A stretch of 64,000 nt of DNA from an uncultured Actinomycetota bacterium (GCA_963770565.1 CAVYQE010000002.1:288001-352000), one strand, 5' to 3'. Counted from the first letter of the stretch, positions 39,840 through 50,437 are shown. Translations and numbers: made by a program. The notes: generated by a model from the letters alone, not told the origin.

Positions 39840-41036
39840 TCAGCCGACGCCGGTCGACGCCGCACCGAACGCCAGGATCGACGCGGTGAAGCCGTGGACG
39901 AAGTTGCGCCCACCGACCGGTCCGATTTCGCCGGCCGCGAAGATCCCCGCGACCCCGTGCGCGGCCAGTCCGGACCGCACTGCCTGCGGGTCGTGGTCGG
40001 CGCTGCCGAACAGGTGCGCGCCGCGCCCGTTGCACGAGAACAACAGGGCGCCTTCGACCGGCTCGGCGTCGTCGGCGTCCCGGAACTCCTTCAACCGCTC
40101 CTGCAGATCGACATCGGCCGCGGTCGCGTCGCGGACCTGGAACCGCACGGTCCGACCCACCGGTACGACGTCACCCACCACCAGCCAGCCGTGCCCCTCG
40201 TCGGCCCCGGCCACGCCGCGGATCAGGAAGTCGCCCTGGACGTGCTCTTCGACGTACTCGTCCCGCGCGATGCCGAGCTGCAGCCCTTCAGAGACGAGCG
40301 CCTGCTCGTCGGGCGGCAACATCGCAAGGATGTCCCGCAGCTTCTCGAGCGCCGGCACACCGGCCAGCTCGAGCAGCAGGTTGCCCTCGGCCGCCGTCAC
40401 CGTCATCGCCGGGCCCACCGGCCGGCAACCCTGGCTGACAAAGGCGTGCGCTCCGACCGGTCCACCGAGCACTACGCCGACCGCGCCGCGATCCACCACG
40501 TGATCGTCGACGAGCAGTCGGGTCGACCCGCGGCCAGCCGCGCCGGCCGCCATCCCGCCGACGATCGGAAGGCCGGGCAGCACCGCGTTGCATTGATCGA
40601 CGAAGCCGTCGACCGGGAACGACCACGGATCGGCCAGCAAGATCGCTACCGAATCCTCGTCGTGATGGTCCGGCATCCCGACGACGGTGATGCCGCTGTC
40701 GCCTTTGATTACCTCGAGATCGAACGTTCGCAGGTGCGCGTCCGGGAGCACCGCGCACCACGCGGCAGCCGCCGCGGTCGCCTCGACCCCGCGCCCGTCG
40801 CCGATCACCCCCGGCGCGGTGCACCCGATCGCGGCATTCGCACCGGACATGCCCGCGGCCCGCTGCAGAGCGGCTTCCGCGGCCTCGACCTCGCCGCCGC
40901 AGACGAACACCGCGAGCAGGTCCGGAGCCTCGCCGCCGAGGGCGTCGATCGCCTGCGCGGTGGCCTGCTCGGCCGCGACCAGCAGATCGGCGTCGACCGC
41001 CAGCCCATCACCGAAACGCACCGTCCCAGTCTGCAC
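39840..41036 (-). CDS. FIST N/C-domain sensory protein
   Basis: IGCTAPGVIG, VGGMA, VSQGCRPVGP, DFLIRG, LFSCNGRG, GIFAAGEIGPV; start approximate. Confidence 0.88.
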   Translation of the reverse strand: MQTGTVRFGDGLAVDADLLVAAEQATAQAIDALGGEAPDLLAVFVCGGEVEAAEAALQRAAGMSGANAAIGCTAPGVIGDGRGVEATAAAAAWCAVLPDAHLRTFDLEVIKGDSGITVVGMPDHHDEDSVAILLADPWSFPVDGFVDQCNAVLPGLPIVGGMAAGAAGRGSTRLLVDDHVVDRGAVGVVLGGPVGAHAFVSQGCRPVGPAMTVTAAEGNLLLELAGVPALEKLRDILAMLPPDEQALVSEGLQLGIARDEYVEEHVQGDFLIRGVAGADEGHGWLVVGDVVPVGRTVRFQVRDATAADVDLQERLKEFRDADDAEPVEGALLFSCNGRGAHLFGSADHDPQAVRSGLAAHGVAGIFAAGEIGPVGGRNFVHGFTASILAFGAASTGVG

Positions 41037-41085
41037 CTGCTCGGCCGGGATGAACGCCGCCGGACGGCGGACGTAGCGTGAAGTG

Positions 41086-42513
41086 ATGAGCTCCGCCACC
41101 ACGCCTTCCGCACCGTCCACCCTGCGCGCCCTCCGCGACTCCGGCCATGTCGCCAAGACGGTCAAGACCGAACTGCGCGACAACTTGCTCGCCCGGCTGT
41201 CCCGCGGCGAGGAGCGGTTTCCCGGAATCGTCGGCTTCGACGACACCGTTCTCCCCCAGCTCGAGCGCGCCCTGCTGGCCGGCCATGACGTCGTACTGCT
41301 CGGTGAGCGCGGACAGGGCAAGACTCGGCTGATCCGCACCTTGGTGCAGCTGCTCGACGAGTGGACCCCGGTCGTCGCCGGCTGCGAGATCAACGACCAC
41401 CCCTACTACCCGGTCTGCACCCGGTGCCGGCAACTCGCCAGTGAGCGCGGCGACGACCTGCCGGTCGCGTGGAAGCACCGCGACGAGCGGTACGCCGAGA
41501 AGCTCGCCACCCCTGACGTGTCGGTCGGTGATCTGATCGGGGACGTCGACCCGATCAAGGTGGCCGAGGGCCGGGTGCTCGGCGACCCCGAGACGGTGCA
41601 CTACGGCCTGGTGCCGCGCACGAACCGCGGCATCATCGCGATCAACGAGCTGCCCGACCTGGCCGAGCGGATCCAGGTCGCGCTGCTCAACGTGCTCGAG
41701 GAGCGCGACATCCAGGTCCGCGGCTATACCCTGCGGCTCCCGCTCGACGTCCTGCTGCTCGCCACTGCCAACCCCGAGGACTACACCAACCGCGGCCGGA
41801 TCATCACGCCGTTGAAGGACCGCTTCGGCGCCGAGGTGCGCACCCACTACCCGCTCGACCTCGAGGACGAGCTCCACCTGGTCCGGCAGGAGGCGCTGGT
41901 CGACTGGGGCGAGGACGCGGTGTCCGCCGCGCTCCCCGACCACCTGGTCGAGGTGATCGCCCGCTTCACCCGCCATGTCCGGGAGTCTCCGGCCGTCGAC
42001 CAACGCTCCGGAGTGTCGGCTCGATTCGCCGTGGCTGCCGCAGAGACCGTCGCCGCGTCCGCGGTGCGGCGGGCGGCCCTGACCGGCGAGCAGCTCGCGG
42101 TCGCGCGGGTCGCCGACCTGCCGTCAATCGTTCCGGCGGTCCAGGGCAAGGTCGAGTTCGAAGCGTCGGAGGAGGGCCGCGAGGCCGAGGTGCTCGAGCA
42201 CCTGCTCCGCCGATCGGTCGCGGACACCTTCCGGGCCCGGCTCGGCGGAGTCGACCTCGGGCCGCTCGTCGAGATGTTCGCCGACGGCGCGACCGTCGAG
42301 ACCGGCGAGCTGGTGCCGGCCACCGACCTGCTGTCCGGCCTCGGCACGGTGCCCGGTCTCGGCCGGCTGCTGACCGCGGTCGGGATCGACGAAGGCGCGG
42401 AGACCCCCGAGCTGGCCGCGGCCGGGCTCGAGTTCGCCCTCGAAGGCCTGTACCTGCTCCGCCGGCTGTCGAAGGAGACGGTCGCCGACCGCGCCGTCTA
42501 CGGATCGCGGTAG
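41086..42513 (+). CDS. Magnesium-chelatase-like / MoxR AAA+ ATPase
   Basis: GERGQGKT, INELPDL, TANPEDYTNRGRIITPLKDRF. Confidence 0.9.
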   Translation: MSSATTPSAPSTLRALRDSGHVAKTVKTELRDNLLARLSRGEERFPGIVGFDDTVLPQLERALLAGHDVVLLGERGQGKTRLIRTLVQLLDEWTPVVAGCEINDHPYYPVCTRCRQLASERGDDLPVAWKHRDERYAEKLATPDVSVGDLIGDVDPIKVAEGRVLGDPETVHYGLVPRTNRGIIAINELPDLAERIQVALLNVLEERDIQVRGYTLRLPLDVLLLATANPEDYTNRGRIITPLKDRFGAEVRTHYPLDLEDELHLVRQEALVDWGEDAVSAALPDHLVEVIARFTRHVRESPAVDQRSGVSARFAVAAAETVAASAVRRAALTGEQLAVARVADLPSIVPAVQGKVEFEASEEGREAEVLEHLLRRSVADTFRARLGGVDLGPLVEMFADGATVETGELVPATDLLSGLGTVPGLGRLLTAVGIDEGAETPELAAAGLEFALEGLYLLRRLSKETVADRAVYGSR

Positions 42514-42524
42514 GCGCCGACCCG

Positions 42525-44483
42525 ATGACCCGGTCCCGGTACGGCGAATGGCACGGTGGAGACGATCCGCTGGCCGCGCCGTACGACGTCAGCGACGCGA
42601 TCGACGAGCTCGGCGACTCCGTTCTTGACGGCCTGTCGCCCGCTGAGGCGCTCGCCCAGCTCATGCGCCGGGGCCTGTCGGACCGGCGCGGACTCGACGA
42701 CCTGCTCCGGCAGGTCCGCGAGCAGCAGCGCCGGGCCCGCCGGGCCGGCCGGCTGGACGGCACTCTCGAACAGGTCCGCGAGCTACTCGACCGGGCGCTC
42801 GAGGCCGAGCGCGCGGCGTTGTTCCCCGACCCGAGCGACGACGCGCGGCTCGCCGAAGCCGAGCTCGACAACCTCCCCGCCGACACCGCGCGCGCGGTCC
42901 GCGAGCTGACCGAGTATTCGTGGCACTCGCCCGAGGCGCAGGCGGCGTACGACGAGATCCAGGACCTGCTCAGACGCGAGGTGCTCGACAGCCAGTTCCG
43001 CGGGATCAAGCAGGCGCTGCAAGGCGGCGATCCCGAAACGCAGCAACGGGTCAAGGACATGCTTCGGGCGCTGAACGAGATGCTCGACGCCGACGCCCGT
43101 GGCGATGACACCGCGCAGCAGTTCGACGAGTTCATGGCGAACTACGGCGACTTCTTCCCGGACCACCCGCAGTCGCTGGAAGAGCTGATCGACTCGCTCG
43201 CACGTCGCGCCGCCGCTGCCCAACGCCTGATGAACTCGCTGTCACCGGAGCAGCAGTCCGAGCTCGCCGAGCTGATGATGCAGGCGATGCAGGACTCCGG
43301 CCTCGCCGGTGAGATGGCCCGGCTGTCGGACCAGTTGCGCGCGCGCCGGCCGGAGCTCGACTGGCAGGGCCGGCAGCGGATGCGCGGCGACACTCCGCTC
43401 GGCCTCGGCGATGCGACCACCGCGCTGGAGGAGTCCGCCGATCTCGACGAGCTCGAGCAGATGCTGTCGCAGGACTACGCCGGCGCCTCGCTCGACGATG
43501 TCGACCCGGAGCTGCTCGAGCGCGCGCTCGGCCGTAACGCGGTCGACGACCTGGCCGCGCTTCGCCGGATCGAACGCGAGCTGCAACAGCAGGGCTACCT
43601 GCAGCGCAGCGGGGGCGACGTGACCTTGACCCCGCGCGGGATGCGGCGGATCGGCGAGACGGCGCTCGCCCGGATCTTCGCCCGACTGCACGCCGATGGC
43701 CGGGGCGACCACGACACCCGCGACGCCGGTCCGGCCGGCGACCCCACCGGTGCGACCCGCCAGTGGCAGTTCGGCGACGAGCAGCCGTTCGACGTCGTAC
43801 GAACCGTTCGCAACGCGGTCCTGCGGTCCGGCGCCGGGACTCCGGTGAAGATCGGCGTCGACGATTTCGAGGTGGTCGAAACCGAGCGACGGTCAGGTGC
43901 CGCGGTGGCGCTGCTGATCGACCTGTCGTACTCGATGGCGCTGCGCGGCACCTGGGCGGCGGCCAAGTCGACCGCACTCGCGCTGCACACGTTGGTCTCG
44001 ACCAAGTATCCGCAGGACGCGATCGAGATCATCGGCTTCTCGCGCTATGCCCGGGTGCTTCGCCCGGCCGACCTGCCGACCCTGTCGTGGGACATGGTGC
44101 AGGGCACCAACCTCCAGCACGCGTTGATGCTCGCGACCCGTCACTTGTCCAAGCATCCCGAGGCCGAGCCGGTCGTGATGGTCGTCACCGACGGCGAGCC
44201 CACGGCGCACCTGATGCCGGACGGCAACGCATGGTTCGACTGGCCGACCCACCCGGAGACCACGGCGGCGACGATGGCCGAGGTGGAGCGGGTCACCCGG
44301 CGCGGAGCGACGATCAATGTCTTCATGCTCGACGACGAGCCCGGCCTGGTCCGCTTCGTCGAGGCGATGGCGGCCCGGAACGGGGGGCGCGTCTTCACCT
44401 CTGACAGCGACCGGCTCGGCGACTACGTCGTGAGCGACTATCTGCGCGCGCGTCGGGGCCGGCGAGCCGGCCGGTCGGCATAG
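42525..44483 (+). CDS. VWA-domain protein, partner of the AAA+ ATPase
   Basis: DLSYSM MIDAS, GTNLQHAL, VTDGEPTAH. Confidence 0.9.
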   Translation: MTRSRYGEWHGGDDPLAAPYDVSDAIDELGDSVLDGLSPAEALAQLMRRGLSDRRGLDDLLRQVREQQRRARRAGRLDGTLEQVRELLDRALEAERAALFPDPSDDARLAEAELDNLPADTARAVRELTEYSWHSPEAQAAYDEIQDLLRREVLDSQFRGIKQALQGGDPETQQRVKDMLRALNEMLDADARGDDTAQQFDEFMANYGDFFPDHPQSLEELIDSLARRAAAAQRLMNSLSPEQQSELAELMMQAMQDSGLAGEMARLSDQLRARRPELDWQGRQRMRGDTPLGLGDATTALEESADLDELEQMLSQDYAGASLDDVDPELLERALGRNAVDDLAALRRIERELQQQGYLQRSGGDVTLTPRGMRRIGETALARIFARLHADGRGDHDTRDAGPAGDPTGATRQWQFGDEQPFDVVRTVRNAVLRSGAGTPVKIGVDDFEVVETERRSGAAVALLIDLSYSMALRGTWAAAKSTALALHTLVSTKYPQDAIEIIGFSRYARVLRPADLPTLSWDMVQGTNLQHALMLATRHLSKHPEAEPVVMVVTDGEPTAHLMPDGNAWFDWPTHPETTAATMAEVERVTRRGATINVFMLDDEPGLVRFVEAMAARNGGRVFTSDSDRLGDYVVSDYLRARRGRRAGRSA

Positions 44484-44544
44484 CCGCAACGCGCCACCGG
44501 TGGCTCGGGCCACGAATGATGCGACGGCAGGGCAAGATCGACGG

Positions 44545-45801
44545 GTGACCTCGCCGGACCGACCGCCGCTGCCGCGCGAGGTCCGGATCCTGGTCGCGGT
44601 CGCCTTCTTCGTCGCGCTCGGCTTCGGAATCGTCGCTCCGGCCCTCCCGGTCTTCGCGCGCGACTTCGGCGTGGGGCGCGCGGCCGCAGCAGCGGTGATC
44701 AGCGCCTTCGCGTTCCTGCGGATCGCGTTCGCGTTGCCCGCGGGCCGGCTGGTCGACCGGCTCGGCGAGCGGCTCGTGCTCGCGATCGGCATCGGCATCG
44801 TGGCCGTGAGCAGCGCGCTCGCCGGCCTTGCGCACAGCTACGCCGAGCTGATCGCGCTGCGCGGGATCGGCGGCGTCGGCTCGGCAATGTTCTCGATCAG
44901 CGCGATGAGCCTGCTGGTCAGGATGGTGCCGGCCGTGCAGCGCGGTCGGGCGCTCGGCTTCTGGCAGGGCGGCTTCCTGCTCGGCGGCATCACCGGCCCA
45001 GTGCTCGGCGGCGTGGTCACGGGGGTGTCGATCCGGCTCCCCTTCTTCCTGTACGCCGGCACCCTTGCGATGGCCGGGACGGTCGCGATCGTTGCGCTGC
45101 GCGCCACTCCGCTGGCCGACCGCGCGGACGCCGCGTCGACCTCGCGGACCTCGCTGGCAACCGCACTTCGCGATCCGGCGTACCGAGCGGCACTGGCCGC
45201 GAACTTCGCCGACTCGTGGGGTGCGGTCGGCGTCCGGTCTGCGCTCATCCCGCTGTTCGTCTCGGACGTCCTTCACAAGCCGGTGATCTGGACCGGCTTC
45301 GGCTTTCTGGTCGTGTCCGCGGTCAACGGCGCAATGCTGCTGCCCGCCGCGCACTACGCGGATCGGGTCGGCCGCAAGCCGGTCCTGCTCACCGGCTGTC
45401 TCGGCAGCGGGATCGGAATCGCGGTGCTCGCGATCTGGCCGGACCTCGGGGGCTACTTCGTCGGGCTGGCGTTACTCGGGTTCGGCTCGGGCCTGCTCGA
45501 CGTCGCACCGGGGGCAGTCGTGGGAGATGTCGTCGAGGGCCGCGGCGGCCCGGTGTTCGCGGCGTACTCGATGTCGTCCGACCTCGGCACGGTCATCGGC
45601 CCGGTAGTCGCCGGCCGGATCGCGGATGCCTCCTACTCCGATGCGTTCGGGGTGACCGCCAGCATCCTGGCCGTGGCCGCCGTGTTCGCCGCCCGGTCAC
45701 CGGAGACGCTGCATCGCGCCACGGCGCGCGCCGCTGCACACGCGGCGGCCGTACCCGGCCCGCACCCGGACGGTGCGACCTCGGCGACCACCACGACTTG
45801 A
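44545..45801 (+). CDS. MFS transporter (12 TM)
   Basis: GFGIVAPALP, AGRLVDRLGER, ADRVGRKP; start could be 44500. Confidence 0.88.
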   Translation: MTSPDRPPLPREVRILVAVAFFVALGFGIVAPALPVFARDFGVGRAAAAAVISAFAFLRIAFALPAGRLVDRLGERLVLAIGIGIVAVSSALAGLAHSYAELIALRGIGGVGSAMFSISAMSLLVRMVPAVQRGRALGFWQGGFLLGGITGPVLGGVVTGVSIRLPFFLYAGTLAMAGTVAIVALRATPLADRADAASTSRTSLATALRDPAYRAALAANFADSWGAVGVRSALIPLFVSDVLHKPVIWTGFGFLVVSAVNGAMLLPAAHYADRVGRKPVLLTGCLGSGIGIAVLAIWPDLGGYFVGLALLGFGSGLLDVAPGAVVGDVVEGRGGPVFAAYSMSSDLGTVIGPVVAGRIADASYSDAFGVTASILAVAAVFAARSPETLHRATARAAAHAAAVPGPHPDGATSATTTT

Positions 45802-45846
45802 CCGTTTGCCATGACACCGCCTCGCTGAGCCATCAGACTCAACGAG

Positions 45847-48800
45847 ATGATCAACCGCCGATTCGTGCCGGCGCTCGCGGCAGTCGCGCTGGCGGCCGGC
45901 GGCCTGATCGCGGGCCCGGCGTCCAGCGCGCATGCCGACGGTGACGGGTCGCCCGGTGACAGCACGATCTCGGTCAACAACCTGCGGGACGGTTGGGACG
46001 ACAGCGAACCCGAGCTGCTGCCCGCGAACGTCAGCGCCAGCGACTTCGGGCCGCTGTTCACCACCCCGGTCACCGGCCAGGTCTATGCCCAGCCGCTCGT
46101 CGTGAAGCAGTCGGTCGGCTCGACCGGCACGCTGGTCGTCGCCACCGAGGACGACGACGTCTACGGCATGAACCCGGCGAGCGGGGCGATCGAGTGGACC
46201 GACGAACTCGGCACCCCGTGGTCGGCGAGCGTCCTCGACTGCGGCGATCTCTCGCCGGACATCGGGGTCACGTCGACCCCCGTCTACGACCCGTCGTCCA
46301 ACACCCTCTACGTGATGGCCAAGGAGGCCCCGGACGGCGCGGACAGCACCGACCCGGTCTGGCGCCTGCACGCCCTCGACGCGAGCACCGGTGCCGAACG
46401 CACCGGCTGGCCGGTGCCGATCGGCGGCCATCCCGACAACGACCCGACCGAGACCTTCAACTCGGAGACCGAGGCACAACGGCCCGGCCTGCTTCTGCTC
46501 GACGGCATCGTCTATGCGGGGTTCGCCAGCTACTGCGACCACGGGCCGTACAACGGGTACGTCGTCGGAGTCAGCACCTCCACCGCGACCCAGACCGCGA
46601 TGTTCACCACCGAGGTCGGCACCAACGACGGCGAGGGCGGGATCTGGCAGTCGGGCGGCGGGCTGGTCTCGGACGGCCCCGGCCAGATCATCATCACGAC
46701 CGGCAACGGCGACACCTCGCCGGTGCCACCCGGCGACTCCCCGCCGACCTCGCTGGAGGAGGCGGTCGTCCGGCTCACGGTCCAGCCCGACGGGACGCTC
46801 TCGGCGACCGACTGGTTCAGCCCGGACACCAGGGCGGTCCTCGACGAGAACGACACCGACCTCGGCGCCGGCGGCCCGATGGCGATACCCGACGGCTACG
46901 GCAGCACGTCGTACCCGCACCTGCTGGTGCAGGACGGGAAGGATGGCCACGTCTACCTGCTCGACCGCAACAACCTCGGCGGGCTCGGTCAGGGTCCCGG
47001 GGGAACCGACGACGCGCTGGGGATCAGCGGGCCCTACGACGGCATGTGGGGTCACCCGGCGTTCTGGGGCGGCCCGGACGGCGCCTTCGTCTACACGGTC
47101 GAGAACGGCGGGTATCTCCGCGCGCTGGAGCTCACTTCCGATGCCGGCGGCGTGCCGTCGCTGACGTCAGTGGCCACCAGCACGGCCACCTTCGGCTTCA
47201 CGAGCGGGTCGCCAATCGTCACATCGGACGGCGCCGACTCGCCGGCGTTGATCTGGGTGGTCAGCGTGATCGGGTCGTCCGGCCGCTTCCCGGTGCTCAA
47301 CGCCTACAACGCCGCGCCCGACAACGGCGTCCTCAACAAGGTCTACTCGGCACCACTCGATCCGCCCGGAGTCACCGATGGCAACGACGCGCACGGCACG
47401 AAGTTCGCGACCGCGGCCACCTCGGACGGTCGGGTCTACGTCGCGACCCGGGACGGCGACGTCTTCGGCTTCGGCCATCCGTCGGCCGCACCCCTGAACG
47501 CTTCGCCAACTGACTTCGGCAACGTCGCCGTCGGTGACAACGCAATGCTGCCGGTGACCCTGACCGCCACCAGGCCGATCACGATCACCGCAGCGACCGC
47601 CGGTGGGGGGTTCACAGTCGCCCTGCCCGACGACGAGAGCCTTCCGGCCACCCTCACGACCGGCCAGCAGTTCGCCGTCGACGTGACCTTCACCCCGACC
47701 TTCGCGGGCCCGCAGTCGACCACCTTGCAACTGGCGACCAAAGCGGGCAGTACGACGGGTGCCGTCACGTTCGATGTCGACGGCTACGGCACAAGGCCCG
47801 GGCTGACCGTGTCGCCCGGCAGCGTCGACTTCGGCGAGGTACCGGTCGGATCCGTCAACACCGCCGGGCTCAACGTGGTCAACACCTCCGGGACCGAGGA
47901 GTCGTTCACCGTCGACGCATCCGGACTCGCACCGCCGTTCGCGTCCGCGAACCTGCCCGCTCCCGACACCATCCTTCAGGCCGGCGCGTCGATCGCCGTA
48001 CCGCTCAGCTATGCGCCGACCGCACCGTCCGCGGCCGACTCGGGGTCGCTGGTCTTCACCGTCGAGGGGGTCGCGCCGCTGACCGTTCCGCTGACCGGCA
48101 GCGCGATCGTCGGCGCCGCTCACCTGACGCTGAGCCCCGCGACGCTGAACTTCGGACTGGTCGCCCGCGGCCACTCGGTCACTAAGAGCTTCAAGATCCG
48201 CAACACCGGCACCGTCACCCTGACGCTGGAAAAGGCGGCGCCGCCGACCGGGGAGTTCACCGCGGCCAACCCGGTTTCGGAAGGTTCCAAGATCCTGCCG
48301 GACGCGGCGATCGTGCAGTCCGTGACCTTCCGGCCGACCCGGCACGGCGTGAGCACGGCGCAATACCTCATCACCGGCGACGACGGGCAGGGCCACCAGG
48401 CCGAGCAGCTGATCGGCCAGGACGACGAGATCGCCGACTGGTACGACCGGCACGGCGGGACGTCGTCATCCCTCGGCAAGCCCACCGATCGGGAACACGG
48501 CGTGGCCGGCGGATACGTCCGCAACTACCAGCACGGCCGGCTCTACTGGTCGGCGGCGACCGGCGTGCACGAGATCCGCGGCCCGGTGCTGAGCCGTTAC
48601 CTGGCCCTCGGCGGGGCGGCCGGCCCGGCCGGCTTCCCGACCAGCAATGTGACCGTCCTCGCGCACGGCCGGCGGGCCCGCTTCTCCGATGGGTACGCGA
48701 TCTACTGGTCGCGGCCGACCGGCGCCTGGGCGGTCTTCGGTCGGGTCGAGAACAAGTGGCTCGCGCTCGGCGGCCAGCACGGGCGGCTCGGCTACCCGAT

Positions 48801-48903
48801 CGCGAACACCCACCCGATCAAGGACGGCTGGCGCGGCCGGTTCCGGAACGGCACGATCACCTGGACCTCGACGAACGGGTACGTCGTGCACTACCGCGCC
48901 TGA
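45847..48903 (+). CDS. Large secreted protein: PQQ-like beta-propeller, three Ig-like (choice-of-anchor D/ASH) domains, LGFP repeats
   Basis: Signal peptide; GQVYAQPL, GVTSTPV, GGIWQSG, DLGAGGP; DFGNV/DFGEV/NFGLV Ig starts; LGKPT, AGFPTS, LGYPI repeats. Confidence 0.78.
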   Translation: MINRRFVPALAAVALAAGGLIAGPASSAHADGDGSPGDSTISVNNLRDGWDDSEPELLPANVSASDFGPLFTTPVTGQVYAQPLVVKQSVGSTGTLVVATEDDDVYGMNPASGAIEWTDELGTPWSASVLDCGDLSPDIGVTSTPVYDPSSNTLYVMAKEAPDGADSTDPVWRLHALDASTGAERTGWPVPIGGHPDNDPTETFNSETEAQRPGLLLLDGIVYAGFASYCDHGPYNGYVVGVSTSTATQTAMFTTEVGTNDGEGGIWQSGGGLVSDGPGQIIITTGNGDTSPVPPGDSPPTSLEEAVVRLTVQPDGTLSATDWFSPDTRAVLDENDTDLGAGGPMAIPDGYGSTSYPHLLVQDGKDGHVYLLDRNNLGGLGQGPGGTDDALGISGPYDGMWGHPAFWGGPDGAFVYTVENGGYLRALELTSDAGGVPSLTSVATSTATFGFTSGSPIVTSDGADSPALIWVVSVIGSSGRFPVLNAYNAAPDNGVLNKVYSAPLDPPGVTDGNDAHGTKFATAATSDGRVYVATRDGDVFGFGHPSAAPLNASPTDFGNVAVGDNAMLPVTLTATRPITITAATAGGGFTVALPDDESLPATLTTGQQFAVDVTFTPTFAGPQSTTLQLATKAGSTTGAVTFDVDGYGTRPGLTVSPGSVDFGEVPVGSVNTAGLNVVNTSGTEESFTVDASGLAPPFASANLPAPDTILQAGASIAVPLSYAPTAPSAADSGSLVFTVEGVAPLTVPLTGSAIVGAAHLTLSPATLNFGLVARGHSVTKSFKIRNTGTVTLTLEKAAPPTGEFTAANPVSEGSKILPDAAIVQSVTFRPTRHGVSTAQYLITGDDGQGHQAEQLIGQDDEIADWYDRHGGTSSSLGKPTDREHGVAGGYVRNYQHGRLYWSAATGVHEIRGPVLSRYLALGGAAGPAGFPTSNVTVLAHGRRARFSDGYAIYWSRPTGAWAVFGRVENKWLALGGQHGRLGYPIANTHPIKDGWRGRFRNGTITWTSTNGYVVHYRA

Positions 48904-48935
48904 CCGTCCTGAGGACCACACCTTAGGTTGGATGG

Positions 48936-49607
48936 GTGCGTACTTCACTCGGACTGCTGGCCGCGGCGACTGCCCTGGCCCTGACCGCTTCTCCCTTCGC
49001 AACAGCGACGGCCGGTCCGACCGTGCCCTCGGGGATCGGAGTCACGGGATCAGTGCATCGGTCCGCGCACCCGCAGTTCACTTACCGCTTTCCGGTGAAG
49101 GGCTGTCACGTCTCCTACAGCCACTACCACCACGACTACCCGGCGACCGACATCTTCGCGGCCCGGGGATGCCGGTTCGTCTCGCCCATCAACGGAACGG
49201 TCGACGAGGTCAGCCGGCACGACCACTGGTCGCCGAGCACCAACAAGGGCTCCCAGCGCGGCGGCCTGTTCGTGTCCGTGATCGGCGTCGACGGCGTGCG
49301 CTACTACGGCTCGCACCTCGAGAAGGTCGCGCCCGGCATCAAGCCCGGGGTCACGGTCAAGCGCGGCCAGGTGCTCGGGCGGATCGGCAACAGTGGTGAC
49401 GCCCGTGGAATCGCGACGCAGGTTCATTTCGGGATCTCGTGGACGACCCCGCACCACATCTGGTGGATCCGTCGCGGGGTGATCTATCCGTGGCCGTACC
49501 TCGACGCCTGGCGGGCCGGGCACCTGCACAAGTCACCGGTCGCGGCGATCAGGCGGGCGTTGCACAAGGCCGGCAAGCGGGTACCGCCTTGCACCGCTGA
49601 CTGCTGA
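48936..49607 (+). CDS. Secreted M23-family peptidase-like protein
   Basis: Signal peptide; ATDIFA, SPINGTV, YYGSHL, VKRGQVLGRIGNSG, VHFGI. Confidence 0.82.
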   Translation: MRTSLGLLAAATALALTASPFATATAGPTVPSGIGVTGSVHRSAHPQFTYRFPVKGCHVSYSHYHHDYPATDIFAARGCRFVSPINGTVDEVSRHDHWSPSTNKGSQRGGLFVSVIGVDGVRYYGSHLEKVAPGIKPGVTVKRGQVLGRIGNSGDARGIATQVHFGISWTTPHHIWWIRRGVIYPWPYLDAWRAGHLHKSPVAAIRRALHKAGKRVPPCTADC

Positions 49608-49612
49608 CCAGG

Positions 49613-50437
49613 TCAGGCCGCCACGGAGGCGGTGAAGATCTGGAACGCCAGTGGCGCGGCGATGCGTCCGTCACCGGCGCGTAGCGGATCAAGCCGGTCA
49701 TCGACCGCTTGGCGAGCGGGGTCGATCGACTCCTCCGGCACTCCCAGGAACCTCAGTTGCTCATCGTCGACGATGGCGTCCCGGTCGACGGTCACCACCA
49801 GCTCGTGGGCGGTCCGCTCGATGCCCACCCAGCCCGCGGAGGACAGGATCCCGCACACCCGCTCGGGGTCGCCGAAGGTGAACGGCCCGGTCGGGCTCTT
49901 GCCGGGCGCGGGCGGCTGCGGGGGTGGAACAAAGGGGGCGAGCGCCGGACTGGCGTGCCACGGGTTGCGCTCGACCGGCTGCCAGCAGGCAAACCCGATC
50001 CGGCCGCCGCCCGACAGCTGCCTCCGGATGTTCGCGAACGCGACCGTCGGCTGGTCGAAGAACATCACCCCGAACTGGCTCAAGGCCACGTCGAATGGCG
50101 CCCCAGCAATCGCCGAGAGCTGGACATCCGCGACCACGAAGTCGATGTTTCGGACGTGCTGTTCGAGCGCCCGACGCCGGGCGGACTCGACCAACGGTTG
50201 CGAGATGTCAGCGCCGACCACCGCGCCGGGAGCGACCGCGCGAGCAGCGGCGATCGTCGTGCCGCCGCCGCCACTTCCGATGTCGAGCACCGATTCGCCC
50301 GCAGCCAGCGCGAGCCGATCGAACAGCACGTCGGTGACGGCGTTGGTCATCGGCTCCCGCCGGTGCCAGACCGATACCCAGTACTCGTCGTTCCACCGAC
50401 GGCGCTCGGCGGCGTTCGGCGCTTGGTCCGTGGTCAC
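49613..50437 (-). CDS. Class I SAM-dependent methyltransferase
   Basis: VLDIGSGGG, GADISQPL, SQFGVMFFDQP, GPFTFGDP. Confidence 0.87.
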   Translation of the reverse strand: MTTDQAPNAAERRRWNDEYWVSVWHRREPMTNAVTDVLFDRLALAAGESVLDIGSGGGGTTIAAARAVAPGAVVGADISQPLVESARRRALEQHVRNIDFVVADVQLSAIAGAPFDVALSQFGVMFFDQPTVAFANIRRQLSGGGRIGFACWQPVERNPWHASPALAPFVPPPQPPAPGKSPTGPFTFGDPERVCGILSSAGWVGIERTAHELVVTVDRDAIVDDEQLRFLGVPEESIDPARQAVDDRLDPLRAGDGRIAAPLAFQIFTASVAA

